Below, piece after piece: positions 36,401 to 46,921 of a stretch of DNA of 64,000 nucleotides; the stretch's first letter is position 1; the number at the start of each line of letters is the position of its first letter. The notes beneath the pieces are model-generated. The model searched no databases, had not been told where the DNA came from, and saw only the letters and a list, made by a program, of their open reading frames with translations. This DNA is from Chthonomonadales bacterium (GTDB lineage Bacteria; Armatimonadota; Chthonomonadetes; Chthonomonadales; CAJBBX01): the NCBI GenBank assembly GCA_038229495.1, contig JBBROJ010000008.1, forward strand, positions 4,233-68,232, in the 5' to 3' direction. Made by a program: the position numbers and the translations under genes.

Positions 36401-38287
36401 TCACGACCGATCCGACCCGATGGAATCGCCCCCTGACGTGCCGCCGAAATTGGCGTCTCCGCCGGTGGGCGAGAGGAAGTCGGCGCCGGACGAATCGTTG
36501 GCCCGATCGATGTCGCTGTTATCGCTGTAGCCCGCCGCCTGGCCGCTGTAGTAGTCGCGGTAGTTGTCGTGGTCGGGATAGAAGACATAGTTGTTGCCGC
36601 CGTAGCCGTATCCGCCGCCCCAGCCCCAGCCGACCGGATGACGCCAGTTCCAGAACATGCTGTCGATGGCGTTCATGGCGAGCATGCCGGTGACAAAGGA
36701 GCCTGCCCCGCCGCCCCAGTAGCCGGGATGGTAGTAATCGCGGTAAGGGTCGTAACCCTGGTAGGCGTACCACGGCACGTTGCGGCCATCCTGCTGGAAC
36801 GTGCGCATCTGCGGCATTTGACCCGATTTGATGGTCACAAGGTCGTCCGGGCAGGCGAGGACCTTCTGTTGGCTGCCATCCAGATTCACTGAGACGGGTG
36901 TCAGCTCGCGTAGGAGCGCAGGCCGGGAACAGAAGAAGCAGACCCCCTTCTCTTCCTTCGGCACCTGATTCCAATCGGTGGATGTTCCCGTCGCAGCGTT
37001 CGGATAGACGGGCGGAACAGCCCCGCCAGAACCACCGGAACTTGCCGAACCGCCTGACGGAACCGCACCGCCACCGAGCGCACGATCGAGAGCCGCACGC
37101 CCACGCTGTACGTCGGCCTCAGCTTGGTCGAGAAGGCTCTGCGCGCGGTTGAGATCGGAAACGCTGGAAGCATGACTCAGGATTCGCGAGGCCTCGTCCA
37201 GCTTGGTTCCGGCGGCGAATCGGGCCTCCTTCACGCGGGCCGCGCTGTTCGCGTCGAGGCCAATGGCGTTCTCTTCCAGGTAGTTCATTCCGCTGATGAT
37301 GCCGCTCTTCTGGCGATCCAGCGGGTCACGCCGGGCAGCCATTTCGCGCTTGCTGTTGAGCGAACGAACGATGAGCCAGACAATCACGACGCCCGCGATT
37401 CCGACGACGAAGATGAGCATCCAGTTCGGGACGTGGTGAACGACCGGAATGCCGTTCGGACCCAGGCTCGTAGACGTGGCGCGCGGCGCGCGTTCGTGTA
37501 CGAGTCCGCGAGCGAGCTTCTCAAGCCCCTCCGTGTAGTGGCCCGAGCTCATAAGCGGCGCGACCTGCGAGATGAGGTCCCTCTTGTCGCGGTCGCTAAG
37601 GGACGGGCTGGAGACGGCTATCGCGCTGCGGCTGCCCACGATGACGTAGCCCTGCCCCTGGTTGATATAGCTCTTGAGGAAGTTTCGGATTCGGCCCGCT
37701 TCGCGGTCGAGCGCGCGGGAGTTGGAATTTGAGTTGAAGACGACGAATTTGACGACCGCCGGTTTCAGCTGCTGCGCCACGCTCCTTAGCCGTTCGACGT
37801 CCACGTTCATGCCCGGCTCCACATAAACGTCGCTGTTCATTAGCTGCTGAGTGAGGTTGCCCCTGCCCGATCCGCTGGTCGTCGATCCCGTGCTCACGGG
37901 CGGACTGGCCGGATTCGAGGCGGGAGCAGGGGCGGGCGCCGAAGCGGATGTCGACGAGCCTGCCTGGCTCTGGCGATCCGCGAGTGTCTGCTCGTACTTG
38001 CCCGGCTGCGAGGCGAACGCGTGCGCCGGATCGACCTGCCCCGCCTTCTCGACCGCCTTCAGCGCGTCGGATTCTCTCTTGAGCTGGTGATAGGTGAAAT
38101 TTAGCTGCCACCAGATCCTCGCGTCGCTTGGATTCTCTTTCGCTGCCTGTTCGAGCTTGGTCGCTGCCTCGGCGAATTTGCCCGCTTTGTGGAGGTCCTT
38201 GCCTTCGCTAAACAGATCGGCAAGGCAGGCGCACGCAAGCGTTAGAATCGCCGCGGCTAAGACACTGAAGCGTAATACTCGTCGCAC
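36401..38287 (-). CDS. Exported TPR + TPM-like domain membrane protein with Cys-motif and Gly/Tyr-rich C-terminus
   Basis: Signal peptide, TPR pairs, TPM-like domain, TM helix, CFFC...C motif, Gly-rich tail. Confidence 0.7.
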   Translation of the reverse strand: MRRVLRFSVLAAAILTLACACLADLFSEGKDLHKAGKFAEAATKLEQAAKENPSDARIWWQLNFTYHQLKRESDALKAVEKAGQVDPAHAFASQPGKYEQTLADRQSQAGSSTSASAPAPAPASNPASPPVSTGSTTSGSGRGNLTQQLMNSDVYVEPGMNVDVERLRSVAQQLKPAVVKFVVFNSNSNSRALDREAGRIRNFLKSYINQGQGYVIVGSRSAIAVSSPSLSDRDKRDLISQVAPLMSSGHYTEGLEKLARGLVHERAPRATSTSLGPNGIPVVHHVPNWMLIFVVGIAGVVIVWLIVRSLNSKREMAARRDPLDRQKSGIISGMNYLEENAIGLDANSAARVKEARFAAGTKLDEASRILSHASSVSDLNRAQSLLDQAEADVQRGRAALDRALGGGAVPSGGSASSGGSGGAVPPVYPNAATGTSTDWNQVPKEEKGVCFFCSRPALLRELTPVSVNLDGSQQKVLACPDDLVTIKSGQMPQMRTFQQDGRNVPWYAYQGYDPYRDYYHPGYWGGGAGSFVTGMLAMNAIDSMFWNWRHPVGWGWGGGYGYGGNNYVFYPDHDNYRDYYSGQAAGYSDNSDIDRANDSSGADFLSPTGGDANFGGTSGGDSIGSDRS

Positions 38288-38358
38288 GTTAAACCCCCCG
38301 AGTGAATGGATTTATGGATCGATGGATTGGTTGGATGTCTGCAGGACGCCTGTTTTCT

Positions 38359-39153
38359 CTATTTCACGACTGCGCGGGCGAGCTGCTCTAGCCCGCGCGC
38401 CGCATCCCCGTCCCGGACGGCGCGGCTCACTCTGGCCGATTGCGCCTTCAACTCCTGGGCGGAAGTCGAGCCGGTAACAGCGGCCGCTCCGCCCCGTGAC
38501 GCGACGAACAGATAACCCTTATCGATATGCAATGCGCGGTGCATGGCTGTCGCATATCGCAATAGCTGGCCTCCGCGATATTCGTTGGCCGTGACGAGAA
38601 ACTTTACCGGAAGCTTCCCGGCGCTCTTATGCTGAAGCTCGCCCGACAGCGATTCAAGATAGCTTACGTTTACTCGTGCCCAGTTCGGTTCCTGCACAAA
38701 TACAGCGCTCTTCCCGAGAGCCGCGACCTCCGGCAAAACTGCTGCTTTAGTCGGAGGAGCCGCGCGCCGGGCCGACCCGCGGTGAGCCGGGATTGGCTTA
38801 ACCTTTCGGCGGGTGGAGGATACCAGCTCCTCATACTTGCCGGGCTTGGAAGCGAAGCTGTGGGTGGGATCCAGCTTGCCGGCCTTCTCGAACGCGGACA
38901 GCGCCTCGGCATAGCGGCCCAGCTTGCGATAGGCAAAGCCTTCATTCCAGAGGATAGCCGGATTGGCCGGATGCTCTTTCGCGGCTTCCGCGTACTTCGC
39001 GGCCGCTTTCGCATACTGCCCCTGCTTGTAGAGGGCGCGCGCCTCGGCCAGGGCATCAGCGCCAGCCGCCAATACCGGACCGGCAATCGCGGGTGCAACG
39101 GGCATTGCAGCCATTGCAGCAGCAACGCCAAAGAATCTGACAATACGCGTCAT
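38359..39153 (-). CDS. Exported TPR + TPM-like protein, paralogous to the N-terminal half of 36401-38287
   Basis: EKAGKLDPTHSFASKPGKYE vs EKAGQVDPAHAFASQPGKYE in the neighbour. Confidence 0.75.
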   Translation of the reverse strand: MTRIVRFFGVAAAMAAMPVAPAIAGPVLAAGADALAEARALYKQGQYAKAAAKYAEAAKEHPANPAILWNEGFAYRKLGRYAEALSAFEKAGKLDPTHSFASKPGKYEELVSSTRRKVKPIPAHRGSARRAAPPTKAAVLPEVAALGKSAVFVQEPNWARVNVSYLESLSGELQHKSAGKLPVKFLVTANEYRGGQLLRYATAMHRALHIDKGYLFVASRGGAAAVTGSTSAQELKAQSARVSRAVRDGDAARGLEQLARAVVK

Positions 39154-39382
39154 CTCGCTTCCTCGTCTCTCCGAGAAACCTACGTAGGATGGACGCAAGC
39201 GGTTTCGGACCGTCTTTTCGCCGAGGACCGAAGGCTCTCCTGCTGAAGCGTTGCCGTTCACAATGTTAGAGTGAGCGAAAGCGAAGGCCGGCGAACGCGA
39301 CGGTCCCGAGGCGAAAGAAGAGAGCGGCGATTTCACGGAAAGGAGTCATGGGTCGTTGGGTCGTCGGGCGGGAATGGTCTCT

Positions 39383-39452
39383 GTCTTCCGTCTTCCGTCT
39401 TCCGTCTTCCGTCTTCCGACTTCCGTCTTCCGACTTCCGTCTTCCGACTTCC
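39383..39452. repeat. Heptamer array (gwcttcc)x10
   Basis: gtcttcc x5, then alternating gacttcc/gtcttcc; begins 8 bp past the stop of the 39460-40401 gene. Confidence 0.95.
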
Positions 39453-39459
39453 TCCGCCA

Positions 39460-40401
39460 TCACTTCCGCGAAATCTCCCAGAGCGGGCACGGGACGCCCT
39501 CGCTGGTGGTGAAGAGGAACCGGCCGTCCAGGCTGTAGCACAGCGATTCGAACTGGCCGATCCAAGGCACGGCGAATTCTCGGGGCCTGGTTCGGAGCGC
39601 GTCGTCGATGGCCTGGCCCGGCTGGATATTCCATTCGAATCCATCGGTGTAGGTTCGGATAGCAATGTGCCTTCGATCCGGCGAGATGTCGCCGCCCGTG
39701 GCAAGCTTGCCAACGGCCCGGCCGCGAAATCGCAGGGGATTCGTGAAAGTTACGGTTGCCACCTTCTGAAGCGTAGCCACGCGGTTTGGCGTGAGCGGCA
39801 GGGGAAATTTGTAGACGGAGCTGAGGCCGGAGTCCGTCTTGATGATTATGAATATCTCTTCGGTTTTCGGATCGACCAAGAGAGTCTCCGCGTCGTGGTG
39901 CCCGTCGGCATAGCGGTAGGGGAACTTTTCGGCCTTCGCGGTCTGTCCTGTCTGACCGGGCTTGTTGGAGTCCACCTTCGGTTCGAGTATGCGATAGACC
40001 GCCGTGTCGTCGCGGGAGCCGCCGTTGTCGCCTATGTCGCCAATATAGAGTGTGGCGCGGTCCCCTCGTTCCGGTCCCGCCGCGATATCCTCCCAGTCTA
40101 CGTTGGTCGCGCCGGGCACCGTGAAGGTCGCGAGGGAGCGTCCCCTGCGGTCCGTCGCAAAGAGGTTGGGACCGTCACCCGAATCGTTGTGCGTCCAGAA
40201 GATTCCGGGCGTCCGGCGGCTCGCGATAATCCCGGAGCTCTCGTTTATCTTGCGATTCTGTAGGTTGGCAAGGAACACCGGCTCCCTGAATCCGCTGTCG
40301 GGCGCGAGGGCCTGAGGCGCTCCGGTGGTGAGTACAGCCATTAGTATGACGGCTGCGCAGATGAGCAGTAAGCGGCGCGGTAAGCGGCTGCCTGAATGCA
40401 T
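39460..40401 (-). CDS. Exported beta-propeller-like hypothetical protein
   Basis: Signal peptide; INESSG...S......WTHNDSG, DWEDIA, LYIGDIGDN, DAETL, T.GDISPD, Q.E...Y......TSEG: a recurrent uncharacterised family pattern. Confidence 0.75.
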   Translation of the reverse strand: MHSGSRLPRRLLLICAAVILMAVLTTGAPQALAPDSGFREPVFLANLQNRKINESSGIIASRRTPGIFWTHNDSGDGPNLFATDRRGRSLATFTVPGATNVDWEDIAAGPERGDRATLYIGDIGDNGGSRDDTAVYRILEPKVDSNKPGQTGQTAKAEKFPYRYADGHHDAETLLVDPKTEEIFIIIKTDSGLSSVYKFPLPLTPNRVATLQKVATVTFTNPLRFRGRAVGKLATGGDISPDRRHIAIRTYTDGFEWNIQPGQAIDDALRTRPREFAVPWIGQFESLCYSLDGRFLFTTSEGVPCPLWEISRK

Positions 40402-40536
40402 AAGAGAAATCTCCTGGGGAGCGCGCGCGGAACTTCGCCCGAAGCCGCGCCGTCTTTCAATTATAGAGTACCCGCTCGCTCTCGCCCATAAATGTGCAGG
40501 CGAGCTTATCATAAAAGAAAGTGAATCACAATGGTA

Positions 40537-40872
40537 ATGTTTCGCCGCCCGCCGTCCATTGGAAGCGTACCCACGCTCACAGACGGCGCGCCGCCGGATC
40601 CCGATATTCAGGAACAGGTCGTGACAAATCAGGTGCGCTCCGCCAGCCAGTGGAATGATACGGACCACGATATGGTTCTCAGCAATATTATCAATGAGCG
40701 AGAAGATCGGCGCCAAACACGCTGGGAGATACTTGCGCTTGTCGCTCTTACAATCATTCTGTTCATCTGCGGAAGCATCTGGACGTATAACTCGATCCAG
40801 CATGACCGGCTGTTCGCCTCCGAGAAGGCGGCGGGCCAGCAGACGCCCTATACGCCCGAGACAATTCGATAG
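40537..40872 (+). CDS. Small single-pass membrane protein
   Basis: One hydrophobic helix (ILALVALTIILFICGSIW) in a ~111-aa ORF. Confidence 0.6.
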   Translation: MFRRPPSIGSVPTLTDGAPPDPDIQEQVVTNQVRSASQWNDTDHDMVLSNIINEREDRRQTRWEILALVALTIILFICGSIWTYNSIQHDRLFASEKAAGQQTPYTPETIR

Positions 40873-40925
40873 CAGGAACTCACCTAACGCAGACGAATGA
40901 GCACAAACCAATGCGCGTGAATGCG

Positions 40926-41078
40926 AGGGGCTATCGGCCCTCGCTGTGGGGCCTTCGGCCTCGTGTCCTTCTACAAGGACACCTGCGACGCACGGTTCGA
41001 CAACCTGGTGCGGCGGATTCTCCACGCAGATGAAGAAGAAGCGGCGCAACCGCTCCACAGCGAGAGCCGACAGCCCCT
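40926..41078 (+). ncRNA. Candidate structured RNA (6S-like closed-stem architecture; MITE not excluded)
   Basis: 27-nt ends are complementary (aggggctatcggccctcgctgtggggc / gctccacagcgagagccgacagcccct); internal hairpins; terminator follows. Confidence 0.4.
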
Positions 41079-41101
41079 AGCACGCCAGTAGCAGGTTCAT
41101 G

Positions 41102-41140
41102 AAAGCCCCGCGGTTTAGCGCACCGACCGCGGGGCTTTTT
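41102..41140 (+). terminator. Intrinsic terminator
   Basis: aaagccccgcgg...ccgcggggc-ttttt. Confidence 0.85.
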
Positions 41141-41246
41141 GCCGCGTGGCCGGAAGCGATTCCTGTCCGACGCGTCGTATATGAGAGTGGACGGCCGATT
41201 CCGAACAAGGTAGGTAAACTGGCTGTTAGGAGCGAAACGAGAACGA

Positions 41247-41755
41247 ATGGACGCCCTCATACTCTTTTCGCACGGATCGGTGCTTTGCGGCGCGGGCGAA
41301 ACTCTGAGCTGGCATGCGCGCAGGGTGCAGAAGATTGGCGGTTTTGCGGCGGTCGAAGTCGGCTTCATGAACTACACGGAGCCGACGTTCGCGGACGCGG
41401 TGGAACGCTGCGCGCAGTCCGGGGCGAAGCGAATCATCGTCGTGCCCTATTTCCTCGTGCCGGGCAAATTCGTGAGAGTGGATCTCCCCGCCCATGTCGC
41501 GGCGGCCCAGGAGCGGTGGCCGAATCTCGAACTCCGAATAGCGCCTCCGCTCGGTTTCGACGAGGCGCTGGCGGACGCGCTGCTGGAACTGGCCTCGGAT
41601 GCGCGCGGACCGGAACATTGGCGCGACGATTTCAACAAAGCCGCCGAGTTCTGCGAGGCGGACCCGCAGTGTCCGCTCTACGGCACACCGCGCTGCCCCC
41701 GCGTCCCGTATCTTCCCGCCGGTATCGCCGTCGCAGAAGCGGCGAAGGCTGCTCC

Positions 41756-41759
<4 letters not shown>
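41247..41759 (+). CDS. CbiX/SirB-family chelatase domain protein with Cys-rich C-terminal tail
   Basis: ILFSHGS, VEVGFMN..EP, IIVVPYFL.PGKFVRVDLP, PLGFD; tail C.ADPQCPLYGTPRC. Confidence 0.85.
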
Positions 41760-42166
<407 letters not shown>

Positions 42167-42183
42167 CCTTCGAGGAAGCCATT

Positions 42184-44358
42184 TTGCCCGAATCTCCTGA
42201 GCAGCCCCGCCGTTTCACCTTGAAAGCGATCTTCGATTCCGATACGTTTGAAGAGAAGAGCCTCGTCCAGCCGCTTTGGATGAAGGACAACCAGCGGCTC
42301 TCATTCCTCGACAAAGCCCACGAATCCGAACGGAAAACGGTTTGGATTCTGGAGACGGACACCGGTCTGAGAGAGCAATTCATCGACCCCGATTCCCTCA
42401 ACTTACCCGGAGCGCCCGGAATGGGCGACTCCCTGCCAATTCACGCCTATGCCTGGTCGCCGGACGAGACGAAGCTGCTTCTGCCTGAGCTGGCGCCCAC
42501 CCGTTTCTCTCCCTCCGGCAATCTATTTCTGTACGACGCAGCAGAGCGCAGCGTCGAGCGGCTGACGGATACGCGTGAGCCCCAACGCAATGCCAAGTTC
42601 TCGCCGGATGGCAAGCTGCTAGGATTCGTGCGGAGTGATAACCTCTGGACCCTCGATCTAGAGACCCGAACCGAGCGCCAGTGGACATTTGATGCTTCCG
42701 CGGCCCGCTATAACGGGCGGCTCGGCTGGGTCTATGAGGAGGAGCTGGGCCTGTCCGACGGATGGGCCTGGTCGCCCGACGGACTCCGAATCGCCTATTT
42801 CCAGCAGGACGAGACGTGCGTCCCCGAACTCCTGCTGCCGGATTACGACAACCTCCACATGACCCCGATTCGCACGCGCTATCCCCGCGCGGGAGACCCG
42901 AATCCTACCGCGAGAATCGGCGTGCTCGACCTGAATACCGGCGAAACGCGCTGGATGCGAATCGAGCCGGAAAAGGACGATGAAGCCTATGCGGGCGGAG
43001 AGTTTTACGTCGCGCGCATGCAGTGGACTCCCTGCGGGAATAACCTTCTCGTTCAGCGGCTGAACCGGCTCCAGAACCATCTTGATGTCATTTTGGCGGA
43101 CCCCGATACGGGAGACGCGCGCGTTCTGTTCAGCGAGCAGGAAGATGCTTGGTTGGATTCGCCAGGCGACGCGCGTTTCGTTGGAGAGGACGCGTTTCTG
43201 TTGCTGTCGGAGCGAGACGGATGGCGGCATGCCTATCTCTACAGCGTGCAGGGCCATCTGATCCGGCAAGTGACTTGGGGCGAATGGGAGGTTGACCAGG
43301 TTCTGGCGGTGGATTCGGATGCTCGCGCGGCCTTCTTCTCCGCCGCCCGCCCGTCGCCCGTGGAGAGACACGTCTACCGCGTCTCGCTCGACGGCGGCGA
43401 GCCCAAATGCCTGACAGCATCCACGCAGGGCTGGAATCGCGCTCTCTTCTCCCATGACGCGTCGCGATTCGTTCACACGCACTCAACCCTCAACCAGCCA
43501 CCCGTTGTCAAAGTGAAGGATGCCGGCGGAGCGGAGGGTGCGACGATTATCCAGGAACCGCTGCCGAATCTTGCAAAGTTCGATCCCGGTCCCTGGGAGC
43601 TGCTCACGATTCAGACGTCCGAGGGCGAGACGCTGAATGCCCGCATGCTGATGCCGAAGGGGTTCGACCCGGAGCGCCGCTATCCCGTGCTCATGCATGC
43701 GTATGGAGGGCCGGGGTCGCAGATTGTGACGAACCAGTGGGGCGGCGTGCGCGCGCTCTGGTATCACCTTCTTGCGCAACAGGGTTATGGCGTGTTCATG
43801 GTGGACAATCGCGGCACGGGCGGACGAGGGGCTTCGTTCGAGAAACAGGTGTACCGGAAGCTCGGCGAGCGGGAGGTCAACGACCAGATGGAAGGGGCGC
43901 GCTTCCTGCACACCCTGCCGTGGGTGGACCCGAAACGCATAGGAATCTGGGGCTGGAGCTATGGCGGCTGCTTGGCTTCGCTGTGCATGATGCGCGGCGC
44001 GGACCTGTTTCGGGCAGGCGTCGCCGTCGCGCCGGTCACGGATTGGACACTCTACGATTCGATCTACACCGAGCGGTACATGCGGCTCCCGTCCGACAAC
44101 CCGGACGGCTATCTCGGCGGATCGCCCATCACGCACGCGGACAAGCTGAAAGGCCGCTTCCTGCTCATCCATGGATTGCAGGACGACAATGTCCACTTCC
44201 AGAACTCGGCACGGCTGGCAAACGCCCTGCAGGACGCCAAGCGCAGCTTCGAGACCATGTTCTATCCCGCCAGGCGGCACGGACTCGATAATCGCCATTT
44301 TCATCTCTTCATGACGATGACGGAGTTTTTGCGCAGGAGTTTGCTGCGGAACTTGTAG
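42184..44358 (+). CDS. S9B dipeptidyl-peptidase IV-like serine peptidase
   Basis: DPPIV N-terminal propeller (WVYEEEL, WSPDG, YPRAG..NP); YGGPGSQ, DNRGTG.RG, GWSYGG, APVTDW..YD..YTERYM, HG..DDNVH. Confidence 0.95.
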   Translation: MPESPEQPRRFTLKAIFDSDTFEEKSLVQPLWMKDNQRLSFLDKAHESERKTVWILETDTGLREQFIDPDSLNLPGAPGMGDSLPIHAYAWSPDETKLLLPELAPTRFSPSGNLFLYDAAERSVERLTDTREPQRNAKFSPDGKLLGFVRSDNLWTLDLETRTERQWTFDASAARYNGRLGWVYEEELGLSDGWAWSPDGLRIAYFQQDETCVPELLLPDYDNLHMTPIRTRYPRAGDPNPTARIGVLDLNTGETRWMRIEPEKDDEAYAGGEFYVARMQWTPCGNNLLVQRLNRLQNHLDVILADPDTGDARVLFSEQEDAWLDSPGDARFVGEDAFLLLSERDGWRHAYLYSVQGHLIRQVTWGEWEVDQVLAVDSDARAAFFSAARPSPVERHVYRVSLDGGEPKCLTASTQGWNRALFSHDASRFVHTHSTLNQPPVVKVKDAGGAEGATIIQEPLPNLAKFDPGPWELLTIQTSEGETLNARMLMPKGFDPERRYPVLMHAYGGPGSQIVTNQWGGVRALWYHLLAQQGYGVFMVDNRGTGGRGASFEKQVYRKLGEREVNDQMEGARFLHTLPWVDPKRIGIWGWSYGGCLASLCMMRGADLFRAGVAVAPVTDWTLYDSIYTERYMRLPSDNPDGYLGGSPITHADKLKGRFLLIHGLQDDNVHFQNSARLANALQDAKRSFETMFYPARRHGLDNRHFHLFMTMTEFLRRSLLRNL

Positions 44359-45509
44359 AGGTATCCATCGGAGCCGAACCCGTACACCGCACCGTCACTG
44401 ATAATGACCGCCAGTCCCTTCATCTTTGGACGCTCGCTGCTCCACGCCTGTCTGCCGGTCTTCGCGTCGAAAGCGTAGAAACCGCCCTTTGCAATTCTGA
44501 AGTCCCGCTCCGCCGTGTGCCAGCCGGGAACGAGAATCCAATGGTCCGTTCCTGCCGCCATGGACGTATAGTTGTCGAGCGCGTAGCCGCCGACCCAGAT
44601 AGGCTGCCGCCAAAGCTCCTCTCCCTTGGCAAGGTCGAGCCCTATCAGCTCCTGCGGGTCGGTCCGCGATTTGGCAAGAACCCACTGTCCACTCGGCCCG
44701 CGCGCAATTCCGTGGGCCGCTCCGCGCCACGCGTGCGTGCCGCCTATTGTCTTCATCATCGCCGGATCGTAGATTCCGGCCCTGTGCATCGGTCCCTGAG
44801 CCGCCAGCCGTCCATTGGCGACCATCGGCCAACAGTTTCCGCCGTCGTACCAGGCCCAGCGAGGCAGCAACGAACCGCGGTCGAGAACTTGAAGCCAGTG
44901 GGCAGTCCCCACGTAAAGCGCATCACCGTCAAGCGCGGGCGGACCGAATCCCCAACTCCAATCCCGCTCCAGCTTTGAAACCACAGCCCCGTCCGACAGG
45001 CGAATCACGTAAAGCTTCAGCGGCGACTGCCAGCCTGTGTAGAGGCAGTAGAGAAGCCCGTCTCTCGCGATTGCGCCGCGCAGGTCCGCGGGAGCTCCCG
45101 CGTTCGGCAGGGACCAGAGAGGCGTTTCGGAATCTTGCCGGTAGGCCCGCATCTCGCCGCCAACGCTTACGACTAGCAGGCCGTCGTGAAAATAGGCGGG
45201 CAGCATGCCGGGCATGCGACGCAGGAGATGGCCGCGTGAATCGTACAGCCGGATCTCGGGCTTCAGACTGCCCGGCGCTCGCAGACCCACGCAGACAAAT
45301 CCACCGCTCCCAAGGAGCACGGGGACAGCAGATTCGCGGACCTTTACGCGCCAGTCGAGGACGTACGGCGGCGCGAGGCTGTCCGCGCTCAAGCCGGTGT
45401 TGCCGCTGTCATGCCGGACGGTAGGCCAATCGTCGGCGCCGGCTCGCGCCATCATCGCGCAGACGGCGGCTGCAACCAAAATTACGAATATCGAATACCG
45501 CTTCTTCAC
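44301..45509 (-). CDS. PQQ/BamB-like beta-propeller protein, exported
   Basis: Signal peptide; DWPTVRHD.GNTG; repeated G...W motifs (AFDAKTGRQAWS, G.DLAKGEELW). Confidence 0.75.
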   Translation of the reverse strand: MKKRYSIFVILVAAAVCAMMARAGADDWPTVRHDSGNTGLSADSLAPPYVLDWRVKVRESAVPVLLGSGGFVCVGLRAPGSLKPEIRLYDSRGHLLRRMPGMLPAYFHDGLLVVSVGGEMRAYRQDSETPLWSLPNAGAPADLRGAIARDGLLYCLYTGWQSPLKLYVIRLSDGAVVSKLERDWSWGFGPPALDGDALYVGTAHWLQVLDRGSLLPRWAWYDGGNCWPMVANGRLAAQGPMHRAGIYDPAMMKTIGGTHAWRGAAHGIARGPSGQWVLAKSRTDPQELIGLDLAKGEELWRQPIWVGGYALDNYTSMAAGTDHWILVPGWHTAERDFRIAKGGFYAFDAKTGRQAWSSERPKMKGLAVIISDGAVYGFGSDGYLYKFRSKLLRKNSVIVMKR

Positions 45510-46906
45510 CTGTGACCGTCCTTGCGACTTTTCGTCTGATTCTTACCTGTTTCTCCGCCCGGCATTTTCTCGCGCATATCCGAAAGCGTGACCATATCTG
45601 CTCCGGGAAAGTAGTGTGCCAGTATGTCGCGGTACGAGCGGCTGTAGGGCGGCGCGGCCATTCCCATCGCTCCGGCCTGGCAAAGCCCATGACCGTGACC
45701 ATAGCCGCGCCCCTCGAACTGGTAAACCCCTTCCGAGTTGCGGGCAATCTTGAAGAGCGTACTTTTCAGGCGGTTGTAGCCGACCAATCCGCGAAACTCC
45801 GACCCCGAAATATCTTTTACCGTACCCTTGCTGCCGGTTATCCGCACAGTCCTCGCGCGTCCGGACACGTCGACAGACAAGACTTCCAGATGCGTGAGCT
45901 TCTCCTCGGAGACGTTGTCCACAAACCTTCGAACCAATAGTCCCATCTCCGCCGCGCTCACGGAAAGCTTCCAGGCGTGTGACGAGCCTTGCGCGCAGTA
46001 GTCCAGTCCATAACTGCCCGGACCGTCCACAACGGACGGAGGAAAATCATCCGGCGAGTCGCCCGGCGCGGTTATGCCGCCGCAATCGTCGTAGTAATCA
46101 GCCTCGATGAGCGCCCCCGACCGCTTGAGCACGATGCCGCAAGTCTCGCGCACCGCGCGGTCCGATGATTCGGCCTCCGCTTCCACTCCGCCGTAGACCT
46201 GGCACGCCGTCGTATCGGTCATGTCGTATCCGGCCGCCGAAAATCTTCCACGGTTCTTCAGGGCATAGGTTCGGGCGGCGACCGATTGGGCTTTCAGGGC
46301 CTCGCCCGGCGCGTCCGCCCCGATTTCCCTTCCCACAACGCCTCGCAGATACTCCTCGAGCGGTACTTCATTGACGATTCGCAAGCTCCCGGATTGCGGG
46401 CCGCAGGCGAGCTCGATCTCGCCGCGAAAACGAGCCGGGGCCGGCAGTGCGCGGCTGCGCGAGTTGAGCGCCTGTCCCGATGGCCGAGTAATAGGAGCGG
46501 AGAGAGACAGCCCTAGAAATTCTCCATGGCTATGCTCGCCAATCACGATACGCACAGTTGAGCCCCGCGCCGCGACCGAGTCGGCGGCGTCCATAACGGT
46601 TATCTCCCGGCCACTTCCAACACGAGCGCGCCAGAGAGCCGGACCTTTTGCTTTCACATGCCCATCGCCATCGACAAGACGCGCAGATTCGGGAGCAGAG
46701 ACATAGACCTCCGCTGCGCTGCCAAACTGCCGCACGAGGCCGATCCGCAAAACGGGATTTGCCGATTCCTGCGCGGCGCGTGACGCAGAAGCGCCCATAA
46801 TTATGATTATGATGAGGAAAATCGCGAAAAGGCCGGCGAGCGGGAACTTTGATTTGCGCTTATATCGGAGGATTTTGGACATCCGAACACCCATGAAGGA
46901 TACCAC
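45506..46906 (-). CDS. SpoIID/LytB domain protein (lytic transglycosylase-like)
   Basis: IVNEVPLEEYLRGVV, EALKAQSVAARTY, T..CQVY.G, G.G.GHG.GLCQ.GA, ILAHYFPG. Confidence 0.92.
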   Translation of the reverse strand: MVSFMGVRMSKILRYKRKSKFPLAGLFAIFLIIIIIMGASASRAAQESANPVLRIGLVRQFGSAAEVYVSAPESARLVDGDGHVKAKGPALWRARVGSGREITVMDAADSVAARGSTVRIVIGEHSHGEFLGLSLSAPITRPSGQALNSRSRALPAPARFRGEIELACGPQSGSLRIVNEVPLEEYLRGVVGREIGADAPGEALKAQSVAARTYALKNRGRFSAAGYDMTDTTACQVYGGVEAEAESSDRAVRETCGIVLKRSGALIEADYYDDCGGITAPGDSPDDFPPSVVDGPGSYGLDYCAQGSSHAWKLSVSAAEMGLLVRRFVDNVSEEKLTHLEVLSVDVSGRARTVRITGSKGTVKDISGSEFRGLVGYNRLKSTLFKIARNSEGVYQFEGRGYGHGHGLCQAGAMGMAAPPYSRSYRDILAHYFPGADMVTLSDMREKMPGGETGKNQTKSRKDGHR

Positions 46907-46921
46907 CCGATCCAGGGCGAG

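Noticed and set aside
39271-40263. ORF-track 330-aa + strand protein with SSVFRLP repeats
   Set aside because: Artefact of reading the (gwcttcc)x10 array and the antisense strand of the 39460-40401 gene.
40926-41078. SRP RNA, tmRNA or Tn3-type MITE assignments for the closed-stem structure
   Set aside because: No SRP domain IV motif, no tRNA-like ends or ALAA-type tag, and no 5-bp target duplication; kept only as an unassigned or 6S-like candidate.
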